From positions 124,001 to 188,000 of the forward strand of contig JANHCV010000015.1 of assembly GCA_025594325.1 (NCBI GenBank): DNA of 64,000 nt, read 5' to 3'. Source of the stretch: Blastocladiella emersonii ATCC 22665 (Eukaryota > Fungi > Blastocladiomycota). The notes beneath the pieces were generated by a model. The model saw nothing but the letters and a program-made list of their open reading frames with translations, ran no database searches and was not told where the DNA came from. The stretch's first letter is position 1. The number at the start of each line of letters is the position of its first letter. Made by a program: the position numbers and the translations under genes. Below, in pieces: positions 47,905 to 59,721 of the stretch.

Positions 47905-47980
47905 TCAGCGCGAGACACGCCGTGAGACACGCACGCGCTGATTGGGCCGGCCTCACGTGGGTAAGACGCGTCGCGTTTCA
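47905..47980 (-). promoter_or_regulatory. Second, diverged copy of the TGAAACGCGACGCG/CACGTG/CCAAT/GTGTCTC module
   Basis: The reverse complement reads tgaaacgcgacgcgtcttacccacgtgaggccggcccaatcagcgcgtgcgtgtctc. Confidence 0.6.
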
Positions 47981-48271
47981 ACTCGCGTCTCCGGCCAGTC
48001 TCCGGCTGCTTCGCTGGCTTCTGAGTCGGCCTGCTTGTCGCGCTGTCGAGCGACATGGTGCATCGCGACAGTCTCGTAGGGCAAGTCAGCAAGCTTGCGC
48101 GGCACGATGACCTCTCGCTCCTCTCTGCAACTGCCCGAGTCAGCACATCCTCCTCTGCTCTGTGCGGATCGATGGGACGTCTATTGATCGAGCTCTCTAT
48201 GTGCAATGTATCACTCTCAAGGGCCTCGCTTCGTCGAGAGTCGCGTGCTTGAGCAGCTATTGGGCCTCAGT

Positions 48272-49635
48272 CTACGGCATCGCGCTGCTGCTGCTGCTGC
48301 TGTTGATGCGCCAGCTGAGCAGGTCGAGGACGAGCAGCCCGTGCGCGAGCGTTGCGCTCGATACAAACCCGTGCCACCACTGGTGAGAATGCCCCACGAT
48401 ATCGCACCGGCCGGGAAACCACCGCTCGGGGAACTTGCCGACGTAGAACTACACTCGTGCTGAGGGTCAGTCCGCGCTTCCACTGCTCCGCCCGCCGACC
48501 CGTACCGCGATCCCGCACACGAGTTTGAGCACGACAACCGCCCACCCGTGCCGGCCCCACCACCCGAGCCCGTCCGCGGGCAGCCCGTGCGTCGCGAGGA
48601 ACTGCGCCATGGGCACGCAACCGAGCAGGCCCGACGCCGTGTAGATGGCGGTGCGCCACCCGCGGAACCGCGTCGTGTGCCACACGGCGAACGTGGGCCC
48701 GACCACGCCGACTGCGCCCACCGACATGGACCCCGCCATGTACACGGACCGCCACACGGCGTCGTCGTAGTACGCCGTGTACGTCAGCGCCGTCGCGCCG
48801 CCGCAGATCAGGACCGAGATGCCTACACGCGCGAACGTTGCTACTTTAGTCGAACCGCTCACGTCGCGACGCGACAACAGCAAGTACGAGGCGCGTGCGT
48901 ACCCGTGTAGTCGAGACACCCGAACCGCACGTAGCACCGGTGGCTGTTCCCGTAGTGCGTGTGGAACAGCGCGCTGAACGCAAAGCACACCACCGCCGAC
49001 GCGAAATACCCGGCGAGCACCGCGCGGTCCCAGAAGTGCGCCGCTGCCGGCAGCATCGCGCCCGCCTGCGTCTGCGCCGCGAGCCACGCGAACAGCGGCA
49101 CGGCGACCGCGTGCGACCAGATGTTGCCCGTCTCGCAGTGCACCGCAAACGCGCTGCGCCACGCCTGCGCGTAGCTGTACCCGGACCGGTACCCCGTGCG
49201 GATGTACGGGTTGCACTGCAGCCACCGCGGCAGCTGCTCGTACGTGTACAGCGGCAGCGCGGCGTCGCCGCCGAGGAGTGACCGCGTCGTCGCGTGCGGC
49301 GGGCCGGTCGGGTGGTCGCGGTGCGGGTCGTCGTCGTGGCAGCAGCGGCGCAGGCAGAGCGCTGATGCCGCAGCGTCCGAGAGCAGCGGGACCTTGAACG
49401 CGGCCGCGTCGTCGTCGGCCAGGTCGTCGTGGATCAGGTCCGTCAGCGGCTCGAGCGAGTCGACGAACGGCGACGTCGCCTTGCGCAGCGACGGCGACCG
49501 CTGCCCGGTCCCGTCGTCGTCGTGCGTCGCCCGCCGCGATCGGCCCAGTCGCCCGCCTGTGCTGTGGCCGTGGCGCGCGGGTGACGACGCGACGTTGTGA
49601 GCGTGGTAGGCCGGCGGGGCTCCGTGCGCCGACAT
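48272..49635 (-). CDS. PAQR family protein, copy 2 (408 aa; ends SSSSSSAMP instead of SSSSSSGALP)
   Basis: Mirror of 24590-25956; differs only after the (AGC)6 run. Confidence 0.93.
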
Positions 49636-49953
49636 GACTGCATGGGATGAGTTTGCGGAGCGTGTGCGAGATGAGTTTGCGGAGCGTGTGCGAGAGCGAA
49701 GACTCCTGAAGACGAGCGACTCGGAGAAGGCAAGTGTGGGAACGATCACGGCAGGCGGGAGGGCGCTTGTCGCGTCGCGTCGCGTCGCGTCGCGTTTCAA
49801 ACTGTCTCCCGCGCGAGACACTATTTTCCGACGCGTCGGGCAACTCTCCCGAAGGTTTTTTACGCGTTCCTCACCTGAAACTGCCGCGCAACTCACTACA
49901 AGCTAGATCTACTCGCGGTCTATTCAACAAGCAAAAGCGGTCTTGACGTCGCA

Positions 49954-50517
49954 TCAAAATGGGCCTGCATGAGCGAGGCGTAATCTGGGGAGCTGCGATC
50001 GCAGTTCGCCCACTTTTTCGTACACTTCTTCGTTGTGACGCATGCGCTCCTGGATGATTCGAAGATTCCGTTGCATCTTCTCGTACTTGGCCTGCGCCTC
50101 GAGGTAGTGCGGGCTGGTCTTGTTGACGGTCTTCTTGCCTCGAGACTGTGAGGAGCGCTTCACGCGCGTTTCAGCGTCACGCGGCGACGGCTTTTCTGTT
50201 GGAATGGCGCAGCTTTGTGGCAAGAGCGGCGCCTCGAGCAAGGCCGGAAGCGAGCCCTCCAGGACGTCGACGATGGCCGTGAAGCTGTTCTTCGAGTCGA
50301 CGTTCGTGATGGATGGCGAGGCTGCGAGACCCTTGCCACCCGCGGTTGCGACCAAGAGGAGCGTTCGTGTCACCGTGGCCAGCTGACGCAGGTCGGCCAG
50401 CTTCACGAACGCAAGGGCCTTGGGCTCTGCAGCGAGATTCTGCTGCGCTGCAGGAATGCGAATGAAGCGTTGTGGGAGCGCTGCAACGAGAGTTGACACG
50501 ACAGGAGTGGATTCCAT
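49954..50517 (-). CDS. Orphan family member C, mirror copy
   Basis: Identical translation to 23708-24271. Confidence 0.65.
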   Translation of the reverse strand: MESTPVVSTLVAALPQRFIRIPAAQQNLAAEPKALAFVKLADLRQLATVTRTLLLVATAGGKGLAASPSITNVDSKNSFTAIVDVLEGSLPALLEAPLLPQSCAIPTEKPSPRDAETRVKRSSQSRGKKTVNKTSPHYLEAQAKYEKMQRNLRIIQERMRHNEEVYEKVGELRSQLPRLRLAHAGPF

Positions 50518-50982
50518 GTGAGAATATCTTGGCTTGCACAAGTGGGAGAGCGAGCCAAGTCCACGTTTGCGCCACCAAGTCCGCGGGCTAAGGCTCGCCG
50601 CACAGAGTATGCGCACTCGATCATATGCGTCAGGTGGGAATAACTTTCCGCGCACCGAGCGGCGCGTCAGGTTCTCGCTGCACCGACAAGAGTGTGGCGC
50701 AACGCGTCGCGCATCAGTCGCTCCATCACTGATCCGCGCGGGCCTCTTCCGGTTCAAGCACCGAGAAACGTGGGGGGCGCGGCGCGTCCATGGTCGCGCG
50801 TTTGACGGGTTTCGCAGCACTAATGGTTGAGCTCAATTCCGGAAGCCATGTGCGGTGCTGGATTCTCTGACTTACTCTTGCCAAAGCTTTCGTTGTCATT
50901 GGACCAGCTCGAGAGAGATACTCCAGTGTATTGAGCGAGATTTGGGGGGTATTGCATAGTGACAGCGGCGTTTTTGGGCAAA

Positions 50983-51489
50983 TCAAGTCACAGGGACCAT
51001 CAATTCTTTGCGAAGCGGACGGGTTGTAATACCGAAATAGGCCTCCACGGCGGCCAGTTTCTTCTTCATCTCCTGCATCTGTTGGTGAAATTCCTCCATT
51101 TGCTTCCGGTGCTGGTCAAAGAACGCCTTCCGCTTCGCAGCTTTGACCCGGGCGTGTTCGGCCTTGCGGCGTGCTTTGGCTGCTGCCAAGGCAACCACTT
51201 GCGTGTCCACGGCCAGCAGTGCCGGAAGCATCGTTTCGAGCGTGTCGACTAGCTGAGGAAACTCGCTAACCGAGACAGAAGTAGGTACCGGTTCCGTCTC
51301 GGTACCACCCAACGCGTACGGTGTGAGCTTGCGTGCGATGGCGGTCAGCTTGAACAGATCGCCCGACTTGACGCATACGAGCGACTCGGATTTCACAGCA
51401 ACCTTGGGCTGTGCCGGGGCGGGACGCACATTTCGGAGAGGGCGCGCGAAGCCGTGGGCTTTGTTATCTCCCGGGGAAGCGTGCATCAT
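50983..51489 (-). CDS. Orphan family member B, mirror copy
   Basis: Identical translation to 22736-23242. Confidence 0.7.
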   Translation of the reverse strand: MMHASPGDNKAHGFARPLRNVRPAPAQPKVAVKSESLVCVKSGDLFKLTAIARKLTPYALGGTETEPVPTSVSVSEFPQLVDTLETMLPALLAVDTQVVALAAAKARRKAEHARVKAAKRKAFFDQHRKQMEEFHQQMQEMKKKLAAVEAYFGITTRPLRKELMVPVT

Positions 51490-52850
51490 TCGGGGCTCTT
51501 TGTTGAGATTTCGGTGCTGAATGCCGGTTTTGTGCCGTGAAGGTAGTAGCACCAAGAGCGGAACTTGGCAGCTCACGGCGCTTGCGAGAGTTCCGCGCCA
51601 ACCGGGGAGAATGTATCTATTGAGGAGTTCGCGCAACACACGTGGCAGAATCTTGAGCGGCTTGCTCGAAGCGCAACTGCAGCATATATTTAGGTTAATG
51701 GTAAAGGAGCTTGAAATGTGGAGATGGTTGGATAGCTGCAGCAGGCCTCGATATTCGTCAGTCTGTGTTCATCGCAGTTATGCCTGTGAGAGGATCACAC
51801 CCGCATTTCGTTTCAGCGAGGGTTTGGAAGTTGCGCACCGATATCCAACAATTTTTCGTGAGGCGGGAGTATGCCCGAACGTCTGAACCGGGAGAATGGG
51901 ACCACGGCGGACGCGTGTGGGCTATGACACGTGTGTGGCGCAACGCGTCTCGTGCCGTCTTGCATTTCATCCCTCCGGGCTTCTTTCGTACAGCGCTTGC
52001 TCCTAAGAATCTGATTCCACCCCGGAGATGGTGTTTTACCACCGGGATCGGGTGAACGTTAAGGCTTTGCGACGGTAGTTGGTGGTGGATCCCGATGCGA
52101 CGATTCATACTCGTTATCGGTTTGAGCGACAAGTTCACTGATCTCAGCGTCTTGATCCCGAGTCGTACCTATTCATCGTACACGCGCACCTTTCACGCCC
52201 GCGTGGACAGGCATTGTAGAAGCACTCGATCCCAATCGCTAGAATGGATTTCAACTACCAAGGTGCACCGATCAGGCTCCTCGCGGGAGCTCGCGCACTG
52301 GCGCATGCCCGCACGGAACGCATTTTTTGACGATTTCCAGTCGTCAGTACACTCTCGCGCATCAGGAAGAGTATTTGGGTCTCGCGACACCGACACGGGT
52401 GTGGCGCAACGCTTTGCGCATCAGTGGTTCCATCACTGATCTGATTGCATTTGTTCCGGTTCAAACACATCCCCGGAGTCGTGAGCCAAGTAGTCTGAGA
52501 TTCGATGAACGTTAACTGTGAATTGAGCGAATGTTCAGTTCTCGCGGCAGCGGCAAGGTTGGCCCCAGCTTCCGCACACAAGGACGACATGTGCGGGTCG
52601 AGAAAGGCGACGAATATGTCGTTGTACAGGTCGTTGTGGGCCGAGCGCAGTGCCGAAAAGTGACAGAGTAATAAACTGACCTCCTATCGCTAGGCTACGA
52701 CGGAGCTCGCTTTCCACATTGAATTATGGGGGCGCAAGGACGACCTCAGCAACAGAGCAACAAAGAAGCGATGTTTTAGATATTGTAGGAAGGAGTTGCG
52801 GGAGATAAACGCAGGGATATCCAAGGGTATAAGGGAAATATATAATACTT

Positions 52851-53366
52851 TTAGTTCGCGATGACGAGGCAAGAGCCGAAAATCGATTGCCGCATCCGAG
52901 CGTAGCGCGCCTCAATGTCAGCCAACTCCTTGTCGAATTCCGCCATTCTCTGGCGGTACATCAATTCGCGGTTGTTGTGTTCATCGAGAATTTCCTTCGC
53001 CACGGCCATGACCTTCTTGTCGTCGCGATTCCGTGTGTGGATAGAGAATTCGACCGTCTTGGGACGAATTGCGTGTGTGTCCACAGCAAGGAGAGCTGGG
53101 AGCAGGGACTCAAGCACTCCAACAAGAGTGGTAAAACCGCCGTGAGCGTCTACAGTTGGAATACAGGTTGGCTCGTTGTTGGACTGCGCGCACTGAGCGA
53201 GCCTGCGCGATAAGTTGGTGAGCTTGGACAGGTCGGCCGACTTGACAAGCACGAGTGATTCAAGCCGCTCGACGGCCTCGAGCTGCATCGGCGCGTGACG
53301 CACTCTACGCAGAGGACGCGCAGAGTCGTGCGGCTTGCTGAACTCGGACAGCGTAGTTGAAAGCAT
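52851..53366 (-). CDS. Orphan family member A, mirror copy
   Basis: Identical translation to 20859-21374. Confidence 0.7.
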   Translation of the reverse strand: MLSTTLSEFSKPHDSARPLRRVRHAPMQLEAVERLESLVLVKSADLSKLTNLSRRLAQCAQSNNEPTCIPTVDAHGGFTTLVGVLESLLPALLAVDTHAIRPKTVEFSIHTRNRDDKKVMAVAKEILDEHNNRELMYRQRMAEFDKELADIEARYARMRQSIFGSCLVIAN

Positions 53367-54535
53367 GTGCGCAGGATGGTTGCTGAGAAGCGGACTACAG
53401 GAGCGCGCGAAGAGACAAGGTAGCGTTAGCAAACTCGTGAACAATAGGCTTACACATACTAAAGGAGATGGCGGTGTGAATCGGCCGTTGGAGCGATGTT
53501 GAGGGGTGAGCGGGGGCGGGGACGGGGGCAGGAGGGCCTTTGTAGGTCGCCGCGGAGCCCACCCGTTGTGGCCAGGCGGCATGAACTTTTCCGCGGCATC
53601 GGGGTGCCGGAGGCTTGCTGGCGCCGATGATGATGCGCGAGACAGTGCGAGACATCAAGTGAGTTCCACGTGACGCGGGCTCCCAGATTGCTCCTCCCCT
53701 GTCAGGCTGCCTGTCGGCCTGCCTGTCGGCGCCCGCTGCCGCCCGCCAAGGGCCCCGACCGGCACAGTTTCGAACATAACCACTCCTGCATTCTTTACGA
53801 GTGCATGCAACGAGAAGCTGGGCAGACCGAGGCCTCGCTTGTGGGTCCCCGCGAGCCGACTTGTGTGATGTTGCACCGAACCTCCGAGCCCCGACCCCCG
53901 ACCGCCTTCCCTAGCCGCGACGGCCCGACTGACGTCCGGCCGCAGCAGCACGCGCGAACGAGGCCTTGCACCCCACTCAACTCGTCGAGCGGGTCGAAGG
54001 ACCGCCGCTGCTGCCGCCTGCGTGGGCCGTCGCGGATGCGTTTGAGCGGCGGCGGTGCTGTGTGTGCAAGTGCGGCTGCTGACGAGGGCGCAGCGCGGGG
54101 TGCGTGTGCGTATGCGTGTGCAGAGTATTGTCTCGAAGCTTCAATGCAACTTCATGCAAACCGGATCCCCGCCGCGACCAGGGCCCGCGCGGTTGTTCTC
54201 GCTCTCAAAGCCTCTGCGACGACCGGCAGAAACAGCGCGGGCTTATCGCTATTGGCGATGGCAGGGAACGACTTTTGGCGCGTCGGTTGGCAGCGGTGTG
54301 ACAACCGCGCGCGTGCGGTTTAGCCAGCGCGTCACGCCCTGAGGCCACCTCGGCCTTGTGACACAAGTCAAGACGGTGCTTCCCCGCGAGATCGCCTCGC
54401 GCCTTGCCCTTGCGTGGTCTGCTTGCTTCACCGCGCACCTGACCTCGCCCGCGCGCGCGCCCTCGCCTGCGCCGTCTTCCTCGCTCTCAATCATCCTCGT
54501 CCCCTTTGTACTCAGTGCACCACGCATTGCCCGCC

Positions 54536-55498
54536 ATGTACGTCCCGGCCGACCTCATCCCGCGCGCCTGGACCAAGCTCGCCAAGGTCGCCGAGGCGGC
54601 GCGCCTGCCTCCCGTCCCCAACGGCGACAGCGTCAGTCTTGACTGCGCCCCCGCGGGCTACTCGGACGAGGCCTGGCGCATGCTCATCGCCGTCACCGTC
54701 AACGCCGTCGTCAGCGAGGAGAAGGCCGCCGCAACCAACACCAGCCTCACCAACAAGCTCATGTTTGCGGAAGAGCGGGCGACTACGCTGACTGGACAGC
54801 TGGAGGCGCGCCTCGGGCCCTGCGGGGACATGGCGTCATTTCGGCGCCTTTGACATCCAGCACGCTGACTCGTTGTCCTTTGTAGCACCATCGATGCAGC
54901 CGCGTCGGCCCCCCAGCTCAAGGTGCCGACCAAGGAGGCTACGCGCGGACCTGGCAAGTCGTCCCAGGTTATTTTCATGTCGGCCGAGCAGGGCAGCGGC
55001 AGCGGCTCGTCGCCGGATTCGCTGGCTGACGGTATGTCCAAAGTCGGCGAGACCCAGCGCCACTCGGCACGCTCTTACCGCTCCGTTCGCTGTACTGAAC
55101 TACGAGCTGACCCTTTTTCCTCGCGCTCGACTTCAGGCGCAGCTCTCCACGTCGGCGTTCCAGCTCTAACAGCCGCACTTGACGCAACCACGGCTCCGCT
55201 GCTCGCTGTCCAAGGGCCGCCGCCCCTGACTCTTGTCCAACATCATCGTCTCCCTCACCACCCCGCCCATCAATGCCTGCTGCTCAACGTGCCGGGTCTT
55301 TGTCCCTCAACGCTCTGCCGTGTCGCTTGCCAGTTTGTCCCCAACTTCACCTGTGCCCAGCCTGTACCCATGGTCCACTCGCTCCCAGTCGGAATGTTGG
55401 TCACTGCGCAAAAAGCTCCCCTTTCTTTCACCCTGCTCTCTTCCTCGGCGCGACTTGGTCCCCAGTCGCCGGGTTTGAGGTACGGTAGGAACAGTTGA
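54536..55498 (+). CDS. Orphan spliced gene, mirror copy
   Basis: Mirror of 18727-19689. Confidence 0.45.
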
Positions 55499-55923
55499 GA
55501 GGTGATGGGTGGAATGCAAGGTCAGGAGCAGCGGGGACACGCCCAACGTGGACGTGCTGCGCCACTCACCTGATGAAGCCTACCTGGCGCTGCGCCACAG
55601 TCGCAGCTCATGAGAAGGATCAGGGCAACATAGCTGACACGCGCTCGGCCGTCGTAACCGTTCAGCTGCTCAACGACCTCGTTGCGCACATACTCAGCGG
55701 TATTGCCGCTGTCTAGCAACGGCAACGGACTGCTACGGCCACGACCACCGCGCGATGCCGCCACCGTGGCGCCCTGCGAGTCCACGGCACGAACGCGTCG
55801 TTTGGCGGCGAGCGGGGCACCGGGCTGCAGCTCGGCGAACTCTCCAACGCAGTACGGTCCCAGAACGTTACGCGCTCAAACCCGTGGTGGCGTTGCGCGT
55901 GGCAAGTAGTGCGACTGCAGCTG

Positions 55924-57225
55924 TCAAGTTGGTGCTACACACGGACGTGAGTAACAAGAGAATGAGCCGTGAACGAGAGCGGCAGCTGAACATGACGCAG
56001 GGCCGTACCGATGCCGTCCCGCAGCGGTTTGAGTTGAGGGTTGGGAATGTTGGCGCTCTCAAACTTGAGCTCGAAGCGGAGCAGGCACCGCCGAGTCGTC
56101 GTGGCCTCGGCCCGCACGACACGGCGGATGCCGGTGGTGGATCTTGGCCTAGAAGTGCAGCACGGCGCAGCGCAAAGCGTCAGCATCCCGCGTCTCGTGT
56201 CGCCAGTCCCGGCCTCCACGGAAGCCACGGTGCCGAGATCGCAAAGGCGTACGCACGTCACGTCGTTGGTCTTGACCTTGTCCGTTTTGAGTGGAAGCGC
56301 GTCACCGTCCAGAATGCCGACGACTACGCAATTGAGGTCGCGAGCTGCATCGTCCGTATCGATTGAGTGAGCCGCGGTCCATGCAGAACCGAGCGTGAGC
56401 GGATCCGTACCCTTGATCCCGCGTCGTCACCTTGGCGGCCGTCACACAGCTCGCGCGCCAGAACAGGCGTGGAGCTTGACGAGCCACGGCGACTTGCCAA
56501 CCTTGACGGCACGTGCTGTGCTCGGGAAATGGTCGTGCGCGGCGCTGCGCAGGGATTGGTGTCAGCTCAGCTGGTTGATGCTGCTAGCCGCCGAAAATGC
56601 GTACCTGTACTCGTACTCGATCGTCCTTGGTCGCGATGGCCATGGTGCGACGGCACTCGATGATGAAGGCGGCGAGGAACCTTGACTTGTTGGCGGGCTC
56701 TCCGGTGCGGAAGATCTACGCGAAGCGGCCGTGTGAGTGAGCAGCGCCAAGAGGTGGTTGTCATCCGTACGAGCTCGTACGGTGACGTGGGGGCGCGGCC
56801 ATCGTCAACGCTCCTTCTTGTAGAATCCGAACCCGCAATCTCCTCGATACGCTTACGCCGAGGCCGAACAGCGCTACTCGAGGGGTGGTACAGTTAGCGC
56901 GAAATGTCGGTCCAGCAATTCAAGTCAGCCCATCGTACTGCGCGGGCAGTCTACTGCCACTGGATCCCGACCGCCCCGAGCTCGCACGCCCGTTTTGAGT
57001 CCGAGGCAGGGTGCCCTGTTGGCCATACACGTAGCGATCGCGACGATGTCAGCTGGTTCACCCATCCTTTGGGCTCCACGGCGCGCGAACGTACCTCGCT
57101 CGGCGAAACGGAGCCGCCGATCTCGTCGGTATCGCGACGACCGCTGAGCGGCTCGGACGACGAGTCCACGCTCCAGAGGAGACGAGCCGAAGGGCGTACA
57201 CTTGTCGAGACCCACGCCGAGCCAC
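55924..57225 (-). pseudogene. Decayed multi-intron gene, mirror copy
   Basis: Mirror of 17000-18301. Confidence 0.45.
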
Positions 57226-58177
57226 GTCTAGTCCTTCAGCGTGAGCGTGAGACGGCGAGGAGCGCAGGCTTTGAGCACGTACTCGGTCCGCCCTATAAAA
57301 GCACTCGCTGTGGTGCATGCCGTCGCGCATAGACGCCTCGACATCATGCTCTACTCGGCAGGAACCCAGCCCCCGTTCTTGAGCTACAGCAACCCTTTTC
57401 GTCGGTTGAGCAAGTTGGCCGGGAACCAGGTCACGATCGCGTTAGGGCAAGCATACCAGCCTAGATCCTTCACGTACAGGCGCATGCGGATCGTCTCCCT
57501 CAGACGCGGCCAGCGGGCTCACGCGGGATGCGTTCGCAGCAGGCCAGGCGGCACGCACGCCGCCGTTCGCCAAGTAAACCTGGAATCGTTATGATGATGC
57601 ATGGTGTCGAGCGTTGCGCCATGTTAGAGCGGGATTCATGGAATGCCTGATGGCCGCGGCCGAGAACAAGGGAGGCCAACGGCAAAGGCGCGGCTGAAGA
57701 CACGTTGCTGCACGCCGCACGTGGGTGGCGCAGCGCGTCCCGGGTTAGCGATCAGACCGAGCGTCTCGCCCGCTTCGGTCGTTCCGAGAGCGTCAATCCG
57801 TCCTTGGAGATGGAGTCCGCACGCTGCGGTTCGCGAGTTTGTTGGTGCCGCAAGGCAGCGGTTGCCGCCCTTTTGCGCTTCGAGGCAGCCGCTGACAGAT
57901 CGTGACCCTTCTCGGTTTGAGTAATGTAATGGCGTCGTTGCCCTAAGCAGATTTGAACTCCTCCCGCTCCCGTCGTCCACGCCGCGCTCGACAGGCTCGC
58001 CCTGCTCAATCCTCTCGCTTCTAGTCAGTCAGCTCGAAGCTGCTACACAGAAACGTCGTCAGTTGCAACATGATCTCGAGGGGAGCGCCAGATAACCGCC
58101 TCGCAGGGTCGCGAGTAGAGCGTTTTGTGCAACGCAAAGCCTCGCAACCACTTCTATTCTTCCACGACTCGCTTCAG

Positions 58178-58918
58178 TTACACTGGCATCGCTGCGGTCT
58201 CGTCCGCCTTGCGCGCAAAGTAGCCGGCGATCGCCGCGACCACGACGCAGCCAAGGTCGATGAACTCGGCCGTGATCGTGACGGTGGCCGCCGTTTCGGA
58301 GCTCGAGTCCCACTCGGCCGTCGTGCGCTCGTACTTTTCGCGCTCGCGCAGCCAGTACACGCGGAAGCCTTGGATCCCGATCGCGAGGACACACATGATC
58401 TGTCACGATGCGGACGGACGCGTATGTCAGTGTTGCTGGTGCCCGAGACTCAAGCAGGAACGACGTACCGCCCACACGATCCGGTTCCGCGCGCCGCCGA
58501 GCGAAAGGTACGCGAGCACGTCGGCAAGGACGCCCGACAGGACCACGGCGCCGCTGAACTTGACGTTCTCCATGGCCCGCGTGAACGAGCTGTCCGGATT
58601 CTGCTTCTCGGCCTGCCCGAACGTGAGCCGGTCCACGGCGCGCGTCGTCGACTCTGCATGATACATGGCGAGCGGATTCAGTGATCGCGCCGTAGCGGGT
58701 CTTCGGGTTCGTCGTCAGGGCGTACGTGCGAGGAAGATCATGAACAGCCCGAGCCCGGCACACGCCAGCGCGTGGAGGAACATGAAGATCATGGTCGGCA
58801 TGCCGACCAGCCACATGAGGAGGTGCTCGAGGAGGTAGCCGAGCTTGCCCGCGCACGAGCGGTTCTCCTTGGGCAGCGGCTTCGATGTCATGGTACCATG
58901 CAGGACGGTGCCGGCCAT
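58178..58918 (-). CDS. Four-TM membrane protein, mirror copy
   Basis: Mirror of 15307-16047. Confidence 0.8.
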
Positions 58919-59721
58919 GGTGGTCTGCGTTGCGGTTTGATACGGTGCGTGTACGACTTGAACCGCCGGCTGGGCATGGGAGCGAGCGCAGAAGGGGAGA
59001 AGAAGCTGTGGCGGCGGCCCGGAAGCAGAATCAATCGAGGGTGCCGATGCCACGGGATATGCACCGCTTGGGCCTCGCTCGCCCATTGGTCGGCCGCCAC
59101 GAGGTGAGGCCGAGTGCGCTTCCAGGCGCACTTTGCGTCCGGGTCAGGGATCGACTCACGTTTCAGTTCATACATTCTCATTGTTGCGTTCGTCCTGACG
59201 TGTGCCATCGTGACCGAAGTGAAGTTCAGCGTAAGAGGGTTGGTCGCGAGGCGGAGGCGGCGCTCGTGCCGAGGACCGTAAGGTTTGAGCGTGGGACGCG
59301 GGCTCTCTGCATGCTGTCCTCCGATGTGCTCCGCTCGGTGCTCTAAAGCTCGAGCGTTAGGGAAAGCGGTGTCGGTTGAACGCGGTACGGCGTGCGAGGC
59401 AGCCCGCGAGACACTCGCCCGTGATTGGGCTGGCCTCACGTGGCCAGTCGCGTCGCGTTTCATTTCCGTGTCTCCAGCAGCATTCTCCCTCCCAAGCCTC
59501 TGCCAGTCAGTCGGCCGGCTTGTCGTCCTGTCTCGCACCGTGCATCGCAACAGTCTGGCAGCGCACCGAGTGAGCGAGTGCACCGCCCGGCACACGGGCG
59601 CGAGCGAGCGGGGGCGAGCGTATAAAGCTCGGGCGTCCCCTCGCTCTCACCACGCTGTTCCGACATCGAGTTCTACCACTTGTATCCTACCTCCTCCCCT
59701 TAAGCACCTCTCTCTTTCAAC

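Noticed and set aside
25942-48283. Canonical mating-type locus
   Set aside because: No HMG-box, homeodomain, alpha-box, pheromone precursor or STE2/STE3-like receptor is recognisable.
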